63,432 nucleotides of DNA, filler included, from Asterionella formosa (GCA_002256025.1; 29 parts of 29 records of this genome joined end to end with filler, not necessarily neighbours in it), one strand, 5' to 3'. Counted from the whole stretch's first letter, positions 11,993 through 23,236 are shown. The notes: generated from the sequence alone by a model not told the origin. Made by a program: numbers and translations.

Positions 11993-13435
11993 ATGGAATC
12001 GGCACGACGTACCAACACAACACCCATCAAAGTTGTCTTTATTCATTTGGACCTTGGAATTGGAGGCGCAGAACAGTTGGTGTTGAGTCTCGCTGGCGCA
12101 TCCCAAGCAGCAGGTCACAACGTGACGATTGTCACTTCGCGATGTGACCAAGATCACTGCTTTTCGCCCGTCAAGAAGCCCTTTGGGAAGTTGGCCTCAT
12201 CTGTCCAGGTATGTGGGAGATTCCTTCCCGCCAATTTGGCAGGCATGGCGACGGCGCTTTGCAGCTCACTGAGGATGCTGTACTTATCGTTTTGGACGAT
12301 TAGAACTCATCATGATGCGGATATTTTAGTAATGGATGTATTGCCAACGTCAATACCATTCCTCGCTTCCTTGACCATGGCGGGGGTATTGTTTTACTGT
12401 CACTTTCCCGACAAGTTGCTGACGAGAGATACTGTCAATGGTGAGCCTACAGATGCTGGAGCACAGCGCTCGATGCTGCGCAATCTATATCGCTCCCTCT
12501 TGGATAGCCTGGAGGAGTCTACCATGAGCTATTCCGATGTTTTGGTGGTAAATTCAAACTTTACAAGATCCAAAGTGCAGCAAGTTTTTCCGAGCCTCCA
12601 GCAAAAAGCGATGAAAGTGCTGTACCCTGCGTTAGAGATGGACAAGTTTGCAAAGCCCATCTTTGAAATTTCCAAAGACGCTCCCATTGTTTCTTTGAAC
12701 CGATTCGAACGAAAAAAGAATATTCAGCTGTTGCTACAATCTTATGCCTATCTAAAGGGAAAGGTGGTGTCATCACTGCCTCCACTCATTATCGCCGGTG
12801 GCTATGATACTCAAAACGCTGAAAACGTTGAGTACCTTCACGAACTCAAGCAACTAGCCAAGGACCTGAGTATTCATGTTACTTTCAAAACCTCCGTCAG
12901 TGATGACGAAAGATCTGAATTGATGACCTCATGTCTCTGTTTGGTGTACACGCCCCATCTGGAGCACTTTGGGATTGTCCCACTAGAAGCCATGTATGCA
13001 GGTAGACCTGTCGTAGCGGTCAATAGTGGCGGGCCGATGGAAACGATTGTCCACGAAAAGACGGGGTACTTGTGCGAAGGAACTCCAGAGGCATTTGGAC
13101 AAGCCTTGCTGGAATTGGTCCAGAACCCGAAGAAAGCCATGGAACTAGGCAAGGCAGGACATGAGCATGTGGTAGCCACTTTTGGGGTGAAACGGTTTGA
13201 AAGGGAATGGGTCGCGCTCGTCAGAGAAACGTCGAAGGTTGGCAAGAAGCGTTGGGAAATTAATCATGCTCGATATTGCATCTTTTCTGCCATCCTGCAC
13301 GTGATTGAGGCAGGCGTTGTTCTATTGGTCGTTTTTCTATTGACCCAACTCTTGAGGCGTTTTGGAGTTCTACGACCTGATGCTCAGATATTGGGTTCGT
13401 TTCGAAGGTTCCTCATGGGGACGGATGAACTATGA
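11993..13435 (+). CDS. ALG2: Alpha-1,3/1,6-mannosyltransferase ALG2 (GT4)
   Basis: FIHLDLGIGGAEQLV, FYCHFPDKLL, SLNRFERKKN, AGGYD...ENVEY, YTPHLEHFGIVPLEAM, AVNSGGPMET. Intronless. Start placed at the first ATG (11993). Confidence 0.95.
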   Translation: MESARRTNTTPIKVVFIHLDLGIGGAEQLVLSLAGASQAAGHNVTIVTSRCDQDHCFSPVKKPFGKLASSVQVCGRFLPANLAGMATALCSSLRMLYLSFWTIRTHHDADILVMDVLPTSIPFLASLTMAGVLFYCHFPDKLLTRDTVNGEPTDAGAQRSMLRNLYRSLLDSLEESTMSYSDVLVVNSNFTRSKVQQVFPSLQQKAMKVLYPALEMDKFAKPIFEISKDAPIVSLNRFERKKNIQLLLQSYAYLKGKVVSSLPPLIIAGGYDTQNAENVEYLHELKQLAKDLSIHVTFKTSVSDDERSELMTSCLCLVYTPHLEHFGIVPLEAMYAGRPVVAVNSGGPMETIVHEKTGYLCEGTPEAFGQALLELVQNPKKAMELGKAGHEHVVATFGVKRFEREWVALVRETSKVGKKRWEINHARYCIFSAILHVIEAGVVLLVVFLLTQLLRRFGVLRPDAQILGSFRRFLMGTDEL

Positions 13436-13574
13436 ACATCGGACATAACAATATATCATTAGCCCTCGTTTACTTTTAAACTACACATTCACATGGACTT
13501 GTCTGCCACAACACACACACACACATCAAAAAAGGATGTTCCAATTGCAATACTCTCAATCAGAGTCCACCAAC

Positions 13575-14574
13575 TTAGGATTTTTCACTATAGGACTGAA
13601 TGACAAATATATGCTCTTCTGTTGGTCCTTCAGGGCTTACTAAATCCTGGACGACCGCAGACAACATGAGTTCACCACCGGCTGCTGCCACTTTGTCCCG
13701 AAATTTACCTTCATTGACTGTCACCCGAGGATCCACCTTGAAGCGCAATAGTAGCATATCTACCTCGTTCGTTCCGATGGTAAATGATTGGTCAGTGTCG
13801 GATCTCAAAACTACATCCATGAGGCTCTGCAGGGTTGCGGCGCGAGTTGCTTGCTAAAATGAGGGCGCAATAAGTTATTACATGAAACTGACTCAAAACA
13901 CAGCACAGAATAATGAACCCAAAAAACGTACATCCATTTCCGAAACTAGCACTCCATTTTCTTTGACCAGAGAAACTAAGCTAGATACATTTTCCCCCTG
14001 TGCAGTAGCAATAGCCTGTAACTTTTCCTCATTACCTTTCAAGCTGAAACAATAGGGAGGAGTCAGGTGAGCTCGGAATCTACCCCAGACTCCTTTATAG
14101 CAAAATTATTTACCTCTCTACCGTACTCCCCAGTTTGGTGATTTCTGAATCAAGAACATTATTCTCTTGTTGGAGCCTGTTGACATCTTGTCGGAGCAGG
14201 TTTTGTACCTTTCGAAGGGCTAATATAGAGGATTATATTGAGAAAAACAGATTCGACAACGAAAAAATGTGTAAAATTGCCAACAACATCGTAGTGGACT
14301 CACTGTCGGTATCTTCTAAATCCCATTGATACTTAAATACAGCACCTGCCACTGCAATAGCAACGATACCAGCAACGATACAAACAGCGCTCCCTTCAAT
14401 GGCCATGGCAGCAATTGCCAGGACTCCTGAAGCAATGGAAAGTCCTTGCCAAAGTTTTGTCCAAAATGACCTTTCTAATTCATCTCGCTTTTTCTGATCT
14501 TCATCTAAGCCATCATCTTCCCTCTCAATATCTTGCAGTGATGGTGGTGGCACTGATGGTGTTATTTCTGTCAT
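13575..14574 (-). CDS. Uncharacterised protein: two TM helices, coiled coil and an EF-hand-like loop, 4 exons
   Basis: Exons 14574-14304, 14219-14114, 14043-13932 and 13853-13575 join in frame with GT-AG introns. Coiled coil LRKVQNLLRQDVNRLQQENNVL; loop DTDQSFTIGTNE. Confidence 0.82.
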
Positions 14575-14899
14575 GCTGAATGGTGTCAAATAATTAGTTG
14601 GTCGAGTAATTATGTCACGATGCATGCTGTTTATTTTATTTCGATCCCTTACCCTTCACACCGCTAGCCGCTGCGTCCGTCCTCAGAAAGCAATTGAGTA
14701 CCGGTACATGCAGTATACTATCGCCGGACAAAGAAGGGGATGATATTTATATAGCTATCTATGTTTAATCGCTCTACTGGTGCCGGTGCCGGTGCCAGTG
14801 CCAGTATGTTGCACATTAAATCTTAAGTACCGGTAGTAGAAATAGCAAATATACCTGTGTTGCTTCATCATTCCTTTGCTGGACATGATGTTGGCGATT

Positions 14900-16000
14900 T
14901 TCTAATTTTAAGAAAGAACCAAGTGGAAATGCTTCCTATTCCTCGGCCAATTCCAGAAACATTGAAAAGATTATGGCTTTTCTTCAACTTTTGGATAGGA
15001 AACATTTATATTTTTGTACTGCACATAGCTACAGTTTTATCTCTCTTCTCTGTATCCTCCACTTCTTGTTGTTTCTGCTCCACTATGATGGTTGCAAGCA
15101 ATGAGCTCCTCTCGAAGTGCAGGCAGCATCTCATGCTCTACAAGGGCACACAATTCTTCTTCTGATCATGGCAAGCAGCAATAGTACTATGCATTCTCCG
15201 TGTTCAAATGCAGAATGAAATAGCTACTAGGCTGTCCCAGCCAATCATGACATTGGTAAATTCCAGGTCCAGGGAGTTTATGCGTCTTAGATTTGTAACT
15301 AGCTACTTTGAAGTTTCTCCCTCCTCCATAGTCCAGAAGAATTGAGAACTTTGCTCCCCCAACAACTCAATCCATGAACACCTCCTCTCATGGAAGCTAT
15401 GATTCGATAGCAAAGCAAAGCAAGTTCTATCTATAAGGTCACCCAGCAAACAAAGCTACTTGCCTGTCGACTTATTAAACCCACATGACATTCTTGTCCA
15501 GAAATATTTACCAAGTGAAGTGGAAAGCTCGCTCACTTGTGGGAGGAAACAATCCAATAGTCGAAGATCCCACCATGAGGGATGATGGGAGGTGCGGGGA
15601 GCTTCTACAAGTCAAAATCTCCTAAAGGGTTGCTAATCCTAACACAGGACAAAATGAAGCGTTCCCATATTCTCAAAATCCATCATGGCCAAGTAAGTAA
15701 AGCCTGACTGCTGATCAAGTGCTTTCTCACCAACCTCATTGACTGTGGTTCAATAATTAAGAATTAAACTTTCAAGATCTTCAGAATCTCATGATGTATG
15801 GCCATGATTAACTGGATCACCTGAAGTACCATCTTTCAGCTTGGATTCCAATTCCCTCCACCAGCCTAAAATTTCCTAAGTTTGATCAAGGACCATGAGG
15901 TTCAAAATAACACCACACAGCCAAACCCACAGGCTCTTCACTGTTCCTTCCCAGGGGTTCCATGGTACATGCTTACTCATTGTTTGTACCTAATGGTAAA
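14900..16000 (-). pseudogene. Decayed coding remnant of unknown identity (possibly TE-derived)
   Basis: Minus-strand protein-like stretches (WWRELESKLKDG; LLDYGGGRNFKVASY; EEELCALVEHEMLPALREELIA) broken by stops and frameshifts. CpG-poor. Confidence 0.35.
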
Positions 16001-16070
16001 AATCATGATTTCTTTGTGCTTCCCAGAAGTCGTTAGCATTTTCCAACCCTTCTTAGACGTTCACCACACA

Positions 16071-16137
16071 GGGTAATGGTTTAGTCATGAGTAGTACACC
16101 TTGTGAGGTGAAATTGGGTTCGATTCCCACATTTTCC
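16071..16137 (+). repeat. Degenerate tRNA-like cassette (type A)
   Basis: GGGTAATGGTTTAG (A box) ... TGGGTTCGATTCCCACATTTTCC (B box, T arm and acceptor 3' strand). Confidence 0.6.
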
Positions 16138-16153
16138 TCCTACTGTGTTGTCC

Positions 16154-16307
16154 GGGGAATGGCTTAGTGGTAAGCACACTCACTGTGGTGGCGGGTTACA
16201 ATTCTTGCATTCTCCACCTTTCTTTTTCATGTAGTCCCTAGGGTTTCGGGGGGTGCGGCTGACGAAAAGACAGGTCCCGTTGTACCGTACAGACGACTAA
16301 AACAGGA
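16154..16307 (+). repeat. tRNA-derived dispersed repeat (cassette type B), copy 1
   Basis: GGGGAATGGCTTAGTGGTAAGC...GCGGGTTACAATTCTTGCATTCTCCA, then oligo-T, then TCCCTAGGGTT...GGGGGTGCGGCTGACGAAAAGAC. Homologous to 36361-36528 (minus strand). Confidence 0.75.
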
Positions 16308-16577
16308 ACTAATTGTGTCCATCTATTTGGTGGGCCCAAATGCAATTATTGGATAGCTTTGATATACTATAAAAGTTAATTGATTTTTCCCCCTCCTGCT
16401 ATTGTCCCTAGGGTTTTTCCATTTGGTAACGACGAGGCAGACAACAAAAGAAGGTCTAAGTCTCCATTGGGAGACAACTGCAACTTCACAACCTCTACAA
16501 ATGTCAAATTCTTTAACTATGATAGCTCACGATAAATTTACTCAATAATTAAATATTATATATATTAGATTGAAAAA

Positions 16578-16740
16578 GGGAATGGTTTAGTGGTTTTGCA
16601 CGTTGCCTTTTATCTGAGGTTGTGATGTTCGATTCCCGCAATTTTTCGAGAAGAAATAGTTGGGTTCGACTCCTCCACTCCTTGCCGTCTTGCAAAGTCT
16701 TGCCTGGTGTGCAAGAAATAGTGGGTTTCCCTCCCTACAA
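16578..16740 (+). repeat. tRNA-derived dispersed repeat (cassette type C), copy 1
   Basis: TATATA about 20 bp upstream, A box TGGTTTAGTGG, B box GTTCGATTCCC, T5, second B box GGGTTCGACTCC, 3' hairpin TCTTGC-N7-GCAAGA. Homologous to 4196-4361. Confidence 0.75.
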
Positions 16741-17170
16741 CCCCTAATGATGTGGCTAAGATGATCACCTTTTGTGAAAGGTGGTTTGATACTCACTTCT
16801 GCTAAGAACAAAACCAGAGAAGCACAGGTCTTGTTCTTGGCAGATAGCACAATGGAAAACTTGCCTATAAAAATAGGAGAGTATGAATGGACCATTAAAC
16901 ATACTATCCTTTATATAAGATTGAAAATGCATTTTAGCTATTCATTATTTTGGTGGACCTGATGGTACCAACCAGGTCTGACAAAATACAAGCAGGCAAC
17001 CTCTAAGTTTGTTCGGTCCTCCGCTGAAATGTGTATCATGGCACTGTCATCAACTCACTGTATGAAATCGTTTGTATCACAACTAAGTGACGTAAATATT
17101 GTATGCGAACTTTATTCTTCCTTCAAAGCAACAATGCGACAATGTCATAATATGAGCAAATGACTACCAG

Positions 17171-17547
17171 TGTCAAGAATATGGCATCAATGGCTATATT
17201 GAGTCACAGGGACTGTGGACTCAACTATAGTCCAATGAGTCAAATGGTGTATTCCTATGTCAAGAAGCTTGCTAACGAGATTGATGTCTTAATTCAATCA
17301 GAAGAAGGATTACATCGACGAAAAGGGAACACGAAGAACAGGATCTCGAAGTGTGATGAATGGGATTGACACTTAGTTTTAGTTTAAGCTTATAATTGAG
17401 AAATAGTGAGAATTGACAGAGTTAGGTAAACAGCGAAAACTAGCACGAAGGCTAGCAGCAGAAATATAAAAATTCTAGTGGTACAACAGGTAAGACGTAC
17501 GTAAGAGCATTGCTGTCAGACGGGAAGGAGTACGAGACCTTTTTACA
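17171..17547 (+). mobile_element. Solo LTR of a copia family
   Basis: TGTCAAGAATAT...GGGAAGGAGTACGAGACCTTTTTACA (TG...CA). Colinear with the LTR that follows the PPT at 60485-60890 and with 55667-55982. No PPT or PBS in the flanks. Confidence 0.8.
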
Positions 17548-17706
17548 TACCCGTACCGGTACCGGCAAGCAAAAGTTCAGTCTCTCAAAATCAAGCTCTA
17601 TTGGAGNNNNNNNNNNNNNNNNNNNNNNNNNNNNNNNNNNNNNNNNNNNNTTAATTAATTAANNNNNNNNNNNNNNNNNNNNNNNNNNNNNNNNNNNNNN
17701 NNNNNN

Positions 17707-18732
17707 CTACGATGACTACATACAAAATGAACACAACAACGAAAACCAAGGAGCGCACTTGGAACAAGGAGCGCCTATGGAAGAGACAGCGACCATTGAA
17801 GAAGCCAATCAAGAAGCTGGTTCTGACAACGACCACGAGGTGGCAGATCAAGGAGCGTTGGCAGGAGAACACGGACCACATAATCCCCGACAACGCCGGG
17901 TAGCCACAAGTGAACAGTTCAAGCAGGCCATTGATGCACCGCATAGCAACAAGTCATACTTTCCACCAAGACAGTTCGTACAACGCGGATTTCGAACAAC
18001 GATGCCATACGCAGACGACAACACAAGTAAACATATTTTTGGGTATGTAATGAACCAGATGACCGCGAAGGCAGGAATAAAGAAACACGGGAAAGCGGCG
18101 GAGGCCGCCCTGATGAGAGAATTTGCACAACTAGAGGAGCTGGATGTGTACGAACCCGTAAGCGCGAACTCCCTTACCAGGGAACAGAGGACGGGAGCGC
18201 TCCGAGCCATCAATCTCATCAAAGAGAAGAGAGACGGGCGCCTCAAGGGGCGTACAGTAGCCGACGGGAGACCGCAGCGATCACTTTATGACAAGTCGCA
18301 GACGGCATCTCCAACAGTATCCACCGATGCACTCATGTTGTCCATCATGATTGATGCACATGAAGGAAGAGATGTCGCCACAGCAGATGTGGCGGGCGCG
18401 TATTTGAAAGCAGATATGGATGATTTCGTTGTTATGAAATTCACTGGTGAATCAGTCGATATATTATGCAACATGAATCCAGAGCACACAAATTTTGTGT
18501 CCAACGAGAAAGGAAACAAAGTGTTGTACGTCAGGCTAGTGAAAGCGATTTATGGGTGCGTCAAATCTGCCCTACTATGGTATGATTTATTCCACAACAC
18601 CCTAAAAGAGATGGGTTTTGTGTTAAACCCTTACGACTCTTGCATTGCTAACTGCACAATCAACGGGAAGCAGTGCACGATTGCGTGGTATGTAGACGAC
18701 AACAAGATTTCGCATGTGGACCCGGACGTCGT
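17707..18732 (+). mobile_element. Ty1/copia RT fragment; copy 2
   Basis: Same boundaries as 1-1026, about 13 substitutions, open frame. Confidence 0.95.
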
Positions 18733-18832
18733 NNNNNNNNNNNNNNNNNNNNNNNNNNNNNNNNNNNNNNNNNNNNTTAATTAATTAANNNNNNNNNNNN
18801 NNNNNNNNNNNNNNNNNNNNNNNNNNNNNNNN

Positions 18833-19002
18833 CTAGGCTCCACAAGGGCATGAGGTTGTCGCACCTGTACACCATGACGAATCAAACGCTTGTGCAGAAC
18901 GAGGAGGAACGCAGTCACCACAACGAAGATCAGACGCCACAGCAGAGCAAAGCCGGCTTTAGCCTTTCTCTTGGCATGAATTGACTGCTTAGCTCTTTCC
19001 AT
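18833..19002 (-). CDS. 5' fragment of a probable type II membrane protein
   Basis: MERAKQSIHAKRKAKAGFALLWRLIFVVVTAFLLVLHKR: basic tail plus a single TM helix. Truncated by the contig end. Confidence 0.5.
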
Positions 19003-19724
19003 TTTCTGCAATGGAAGAGACAGAAGAAGGCTGCTGAGAGGTGAACTGTGGTACCGGAAGGGGGAAGTCCGCCGCATTATCAACAAAAGGAGCACATGGC
19101 AATGACGTTGTACTCTCGAGTCGGTACCAGGTAGACTACCAGTCTTGACTTTGACCACTACTGGTTCCGGTATAACGGGGTCATCTTACATTTTGTACCA
19201 TGACATACAAACGTTTTCAATTTTGATTACTTACGAATAACGATGATGAAGAAGTCATTTGTTTCACACATGTACGACACATATAGGATGTCCTGACGGG
19301 GTTGCGGGAAATGAAAGAATATGATATGGTACAGTACTCCGTACATCTTGTGTTCCAGTTGGTGGGATAAGCGACTCCGAAAATGTTGAGCGAGGCGCAG
19401 CATGCTGATGGGAAAAAAATAAAATTACCTCCTCGTTGAGCTGGGCTGACTTTTTATCTTCATATACGATATCATTTAATCTTTTATACTCCAAAATAAA
19501 ATAGCTTGCTTTAGTAACGCTTTCTTCAGTCGGGCGGATGATCTTTTTATTATTGCGCGATTGTGTGCGCCAACCCATATGTAAACAGGCATCATGAGGA
19601 TACTATGTAGCGGGTATACTACCGGTAGTTGTTTGCACCAGCATAGCAACGAATAGATTTTGTGCTGACTACCAGTACATCATTCCTATATCTTAGATAC
19701 CGGTACCTACCCCAGTACGCAGAA

Positions 19725-19797
19725 GCGTGGAAAAATGGGGAGAATGTAGGAGATACTCCTACATTTTTGGGGAGAAATTCTCCCCTTTTTTCCGCGC
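19725..19797. repeat. Nested palindrome cluster
   Basis: AATGTAGGAG-ATA-CTCCTACATT and GGGGAGAA-A-TTCTCCCC lie inside outer arms GCGTGGAAAAA / TTTTTCCGCGC. Confidence 0.8.
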
Positions 19798-19958
19798 TGA
19801 CATTTATTCCCCTCTAGCTTTTAACACGTATATTTTCTGCGGCCCCGTCAGCAGCGGCNNNNNNNNNNNNNNNNNNNNNNNNNNNNNNNNNNNNNNNNNN
19901 NNTTAATTAATTAANNNNNNNNNNNNNNNNNNNNNNNNNNNNNNNNNNNNNNNNNNNN

Positions 19959-20269
19959 GAGAAAAAGAAAAACAGAGACGTAGAAAACGAGAAGGCACTA
20001 TGAGAATTCCTGTAGGAAAGGATGTGTCGAGCATACACATTAGGATGATGTGGTATGTCGAGCATCAACAGGGGAGGGTGTCAGAGTGTGTCTGTTAGGC
20101 TGTTGATGTCGACAGGTGTCCGAAGACTAGGTAGTCTGAGGAATGTCTAAACGGAAATAGACAGGATTTATATAGCAGAAGAATCTGCAGACGAGCAGCG
20201 TGAGAAAGATCTTGACCGGTCATTCCAGGGCAGTACTGGAGCGCGCTAGAGTAGCGCCATATATTTCCA
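19959..20269 (-). mobile_element. Probable LTR inserted into the Crypton-like ORF
   Basis: Minus strand begins TGGAAATA exactly where recombinase similarity stops. Contains CTATATAAA followed by a pyrimidine-rich tract. The other end is missing. Confidence 0.5.
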
Positions 20270-20493
20270 TGTGTTGGATTGTCATCATTGTTTGGATCAG
20301 GATGGCCATAGACTTTCATAGCCATCCATTTGTAGACATCCTCAGGTGTAACTTCCCCAAGTTCCTCTCGACTAAACTCATAGCTTTTAGAATATTCTAT
20401 GCCATCTCTGTATGACATCACAGCAATTAGGACACTCTTGTAAACAGGGGATTGTGTAGGTTCATTCACTCTTCTTGTTGGCATTGTCGCCAT
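20270..20493 (-). mobile_element. N-terminus of a CryptonS-like tyrosine-recombinase transposon ORF (interrupted)
   Basis: YKSVLIAVMSYRDG.EY....EFSREELGEVTPEDVYKWMAMKVYGHPDPNNDDNPTH resembles the stramenopile Crypton N-terminal pattern ELxxITPxDIxRWMxxKAYGxPDP (recalled pattern, not searched). Confidence 0.7.
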
Positions 20494-20602
20494 ATTGATA
20501 TTTAGTTTAATTTTTTTACTTCAATCCCATTTCATACCATGTTGTATCATGGTAGAATTTCTTGGACAATACCATGGCATACTGCAGGTTTTCATCGGTC
20601 CA

Positions 20603-20668
20603 TTGGTAGAATATTCTACCAAAATGTGAAAAAAAATTCTACCCCCAGTACTACTGGGTAGAATTTTT
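20603..20668. repeat. Paired GGTAGAAT palindromes upstream of the Crypton-like ORF
   Basis: Perfect 20-bp palindrome TTGGTAGAATATTCTACCAA (20603-20622). 13-bp inverted repeats AAAAATTCTACCC / GGGTAGAATTTTT with an 11-bp spacer (20632-20668). Confidence 0.85.
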
Positions 20669-21137
20669 GCCTTTCTCTATACCATATTTTCACCACGGTC
20701 AAGCAAGGGAGGGGTACTGGACAGTATTGACCTGTCCAGAGTACCGGAGTATTGACCTGTCCAGAGTACCGGTAGAACACTACCAGGTACCGGAGCCCTA
20801 CAGAAAAATAATACTTTGGTAGAATTTCGTGAATAATGTACCTGGTACACTGGCACGACCTGGTACCTGGTACCAGGTACTGGTCCTCTATGTATCAAGC
20901 GATGGTGAAAATGAGATGGCTGTGGTATCGTGTACCGGTACCAAGTAGCTAGTACCTGGTACCAGGTACCGGTAATTTAGCAAANNNNNNNNNNNNNNNN
21001 NNNNNNNNNNNNNNNNNNNNNNNNNNNNTTAATTAATTAANNNNNNNNNNNNNNNNNNNNNNNNNNNNNNNNNNNNNNNNNNNNTGCTTTTAATGCTTGG
21101 AATAATGATCAATCCAGGACTATGCCAAACGTTGGGT

Positions 21138-22110
21138 CATCTAAGCCGCGTATTACATGAAGTGACCATCACATAAATAAGCCTAGTTGATTTTGAATTG
21201 ATCACATGAATTAGTTGAATACATCAAAATGCTCGTTTTTGAATATATCTATATATTATCTGAATACATCACGTTCATTATTTGATCAGAGTATCATGCA
21301 TGCATTCCTGATCATCACTATATTACGTGATCACCTTCACATAATTATTTGAAATACTTCACGTAATTATTTGAAATACTTCACATAATTATTTAAAATA
21401 CTTCACTTAATTCTGTAATTTAGTTCACATTGCCTAAAAATTTTGTTCACGTAATTTTATAATATAGTTCACATAATGAATTAAATTTGTTTACGTAATT
21501 TAAAAGTACAATCAAATATGTTGATTTCTAATTCAACTGCCGGTATTTCACATTACATGGGAAACAAATCTCGATATGCAATCAAACAAAGCAGTTCTTT
21601 CAGAATGGCATCTTCAGTCTTGAGAAGGCAGGCATCATGAGATGTCTGTAAGGACAATGCAAGACAAACAGAAACCATTCATTCTGAATGAAAAAATTAT
21701 TCATTCTTGAAAAGGCATCATGGTGCGAAATCGCAACAGGAATGTATCACACTGGCTTCCTCCTTGTCCTTGAAATGACTTCTTCATTGACCTGCAAAGA
21801 TTTACAAAAGAACAGTGTGTCAGTAATTCAATTAATAGAACTAGCAACAGCAGAAAGCAACACACACATGTGCTTTTCAACTGTTTCACAGAGCAGACAA
21901 ATTGACAGCAGAACACCGGCATTAGCCAGCCACCAGGCAGCACCGCAACTCACTGATGCATTAAAAAAGATGGCTCCTGTTGTGAAATGGACAGCTAAAA
22001 TGTAAAATAAATGTAGACAACAATAACAGAACCATGTGATTTCTCTCTCGCTTTGCTGATACAATTATGAAACTGAAGATTAAGCTCACCTTGAAGGCCT
22101 CCATTGCGGG
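21138..22110 (+). mobile_element. Unclassified TIR DNA transposon, end type A plus probable internal sequence
   Basis: Starts CATCTAAGCCGCGTATTAC. 21138-21462 is a diverged reverse complement of 1127-1471. How far the element extends beyond 21462 is inferred. Confidence 0.75.
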
Positions 22111-22210
22111 NNNNNNNNNNNNNNNNNNNNNNNNNNNNNNNNNNNNNNNNNNNNTTAATTAATTAANNNNNNNNNNNNNNNNNNNNNNNNNNNNNNNNNN
22201 NNNNNNNNNN

Positions 22211-23236
22211 ACGACGTCCGGGTCCACATGCGAAATCTTGTTGTCGTCTACATACCACGCAATCGTGCACTGCTTCCCGTTGATTGTGCAGTTAGCAATG
22301 CAAGAGTCGTAAGGGTTTAACACAAAACCCATCTCTTTTAGGGTGTTGTGGAATAAATCATACCATAGTAGGGCAGATTTGCCGCACCCATAAATCGCTT
22401 TCACTAGCCTGACGTACAACACTTTGTTTCCTTTCTCGTTGGACACAAAATTCGTGTGCTCTGGATTCATGTTGCATAATATATCGACTGATTCACCAGT
22501 GAATTTCATAACAACGAAATCATCCATATCTGCTTTCAAATACGCACCCGCCACATCTGCTGTGGCGACATCTCTTCCTTCATGTGCATCAATCATGATG
22601 GACAACATGAGCGCATCGGTGGATACTGTTGGAGATGCCGTTTGCGACTTGTCATAAAGTGATCGCTGCGGTCTCCCGTCGGCTACTGTACGCCCCTTGA
22701 GGCGTCCGTCTCTCTTCTCTTTGATGAGATTGATGGCTCGGAGCGCTCCCGTCCTCTGTTCCCTGGTAAGGGAGTTCGCGCTTACGGGTTCGTACACATC
22801 CAGCTCCTCTAGTTGTGCAAATTCTCTCATCAGGGCGGCCTCCGCCGCTTTCCCGTGTTTCTTTATTCCTGCCTTCGCGGTCATCTGGTTCATTACATAC
22901 CCAAAGATACGTTTATTTGTGTTGTCGTCTGCGTACGGCATCGTTGTTCGAAATCCGCGTTGTACGAGCTGTCTTGGTGGAAAGTATGACTTGTTGCTAT
23001 GCGGTGCATCAATGGCCTGCTTGAACTGTTCACTTGTGGCTACCCGGCGTTGTCGGGGATTATGTGGTCCGTGTTCTCCTGCCAACGCTCCTTGATCTGC
23101 CACCTCGTAGTCGTTGTCAGAACCAGCTTCTTGATTGGCTTCTTCAATGGTCGCTGTCTCTTCCATAGGCGCTCCTTGTTCCAAGTGCGCTCCTTGGTTT
23201 TCGTTGTTGTGTTCATTTTGTATGTAGTCATCGTAG
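22211..23236 (-). mobile_element. Ty1/copia RT fragment; copy 3
   Basis: Reverse complement of 1-1026 with few substitutions (for example YGCVKS to YGCGKS). Confidence 0.95.

Noticed and set aside
16154..16216. Functional tRNA gene
   Set aside because: The anticodon arm is too short, the spacing at positions 8-9 is off, and the copies are diverged. Reported as a tRNA-derived repeat instead.
16255..16310. CTGACGA as a possible hammerhead ribozyme core (also at about 36398-36404, minus strand)
   Set aside because: No stem II followed by GAAA and no stem I/III pairing in either copy.
17160..17369. 69-aa ORF similar to the C-terminus of ORF 60168-60593
   Set aside because: The similarity comes from shared LTR DNA read in frame, not from a protein family.
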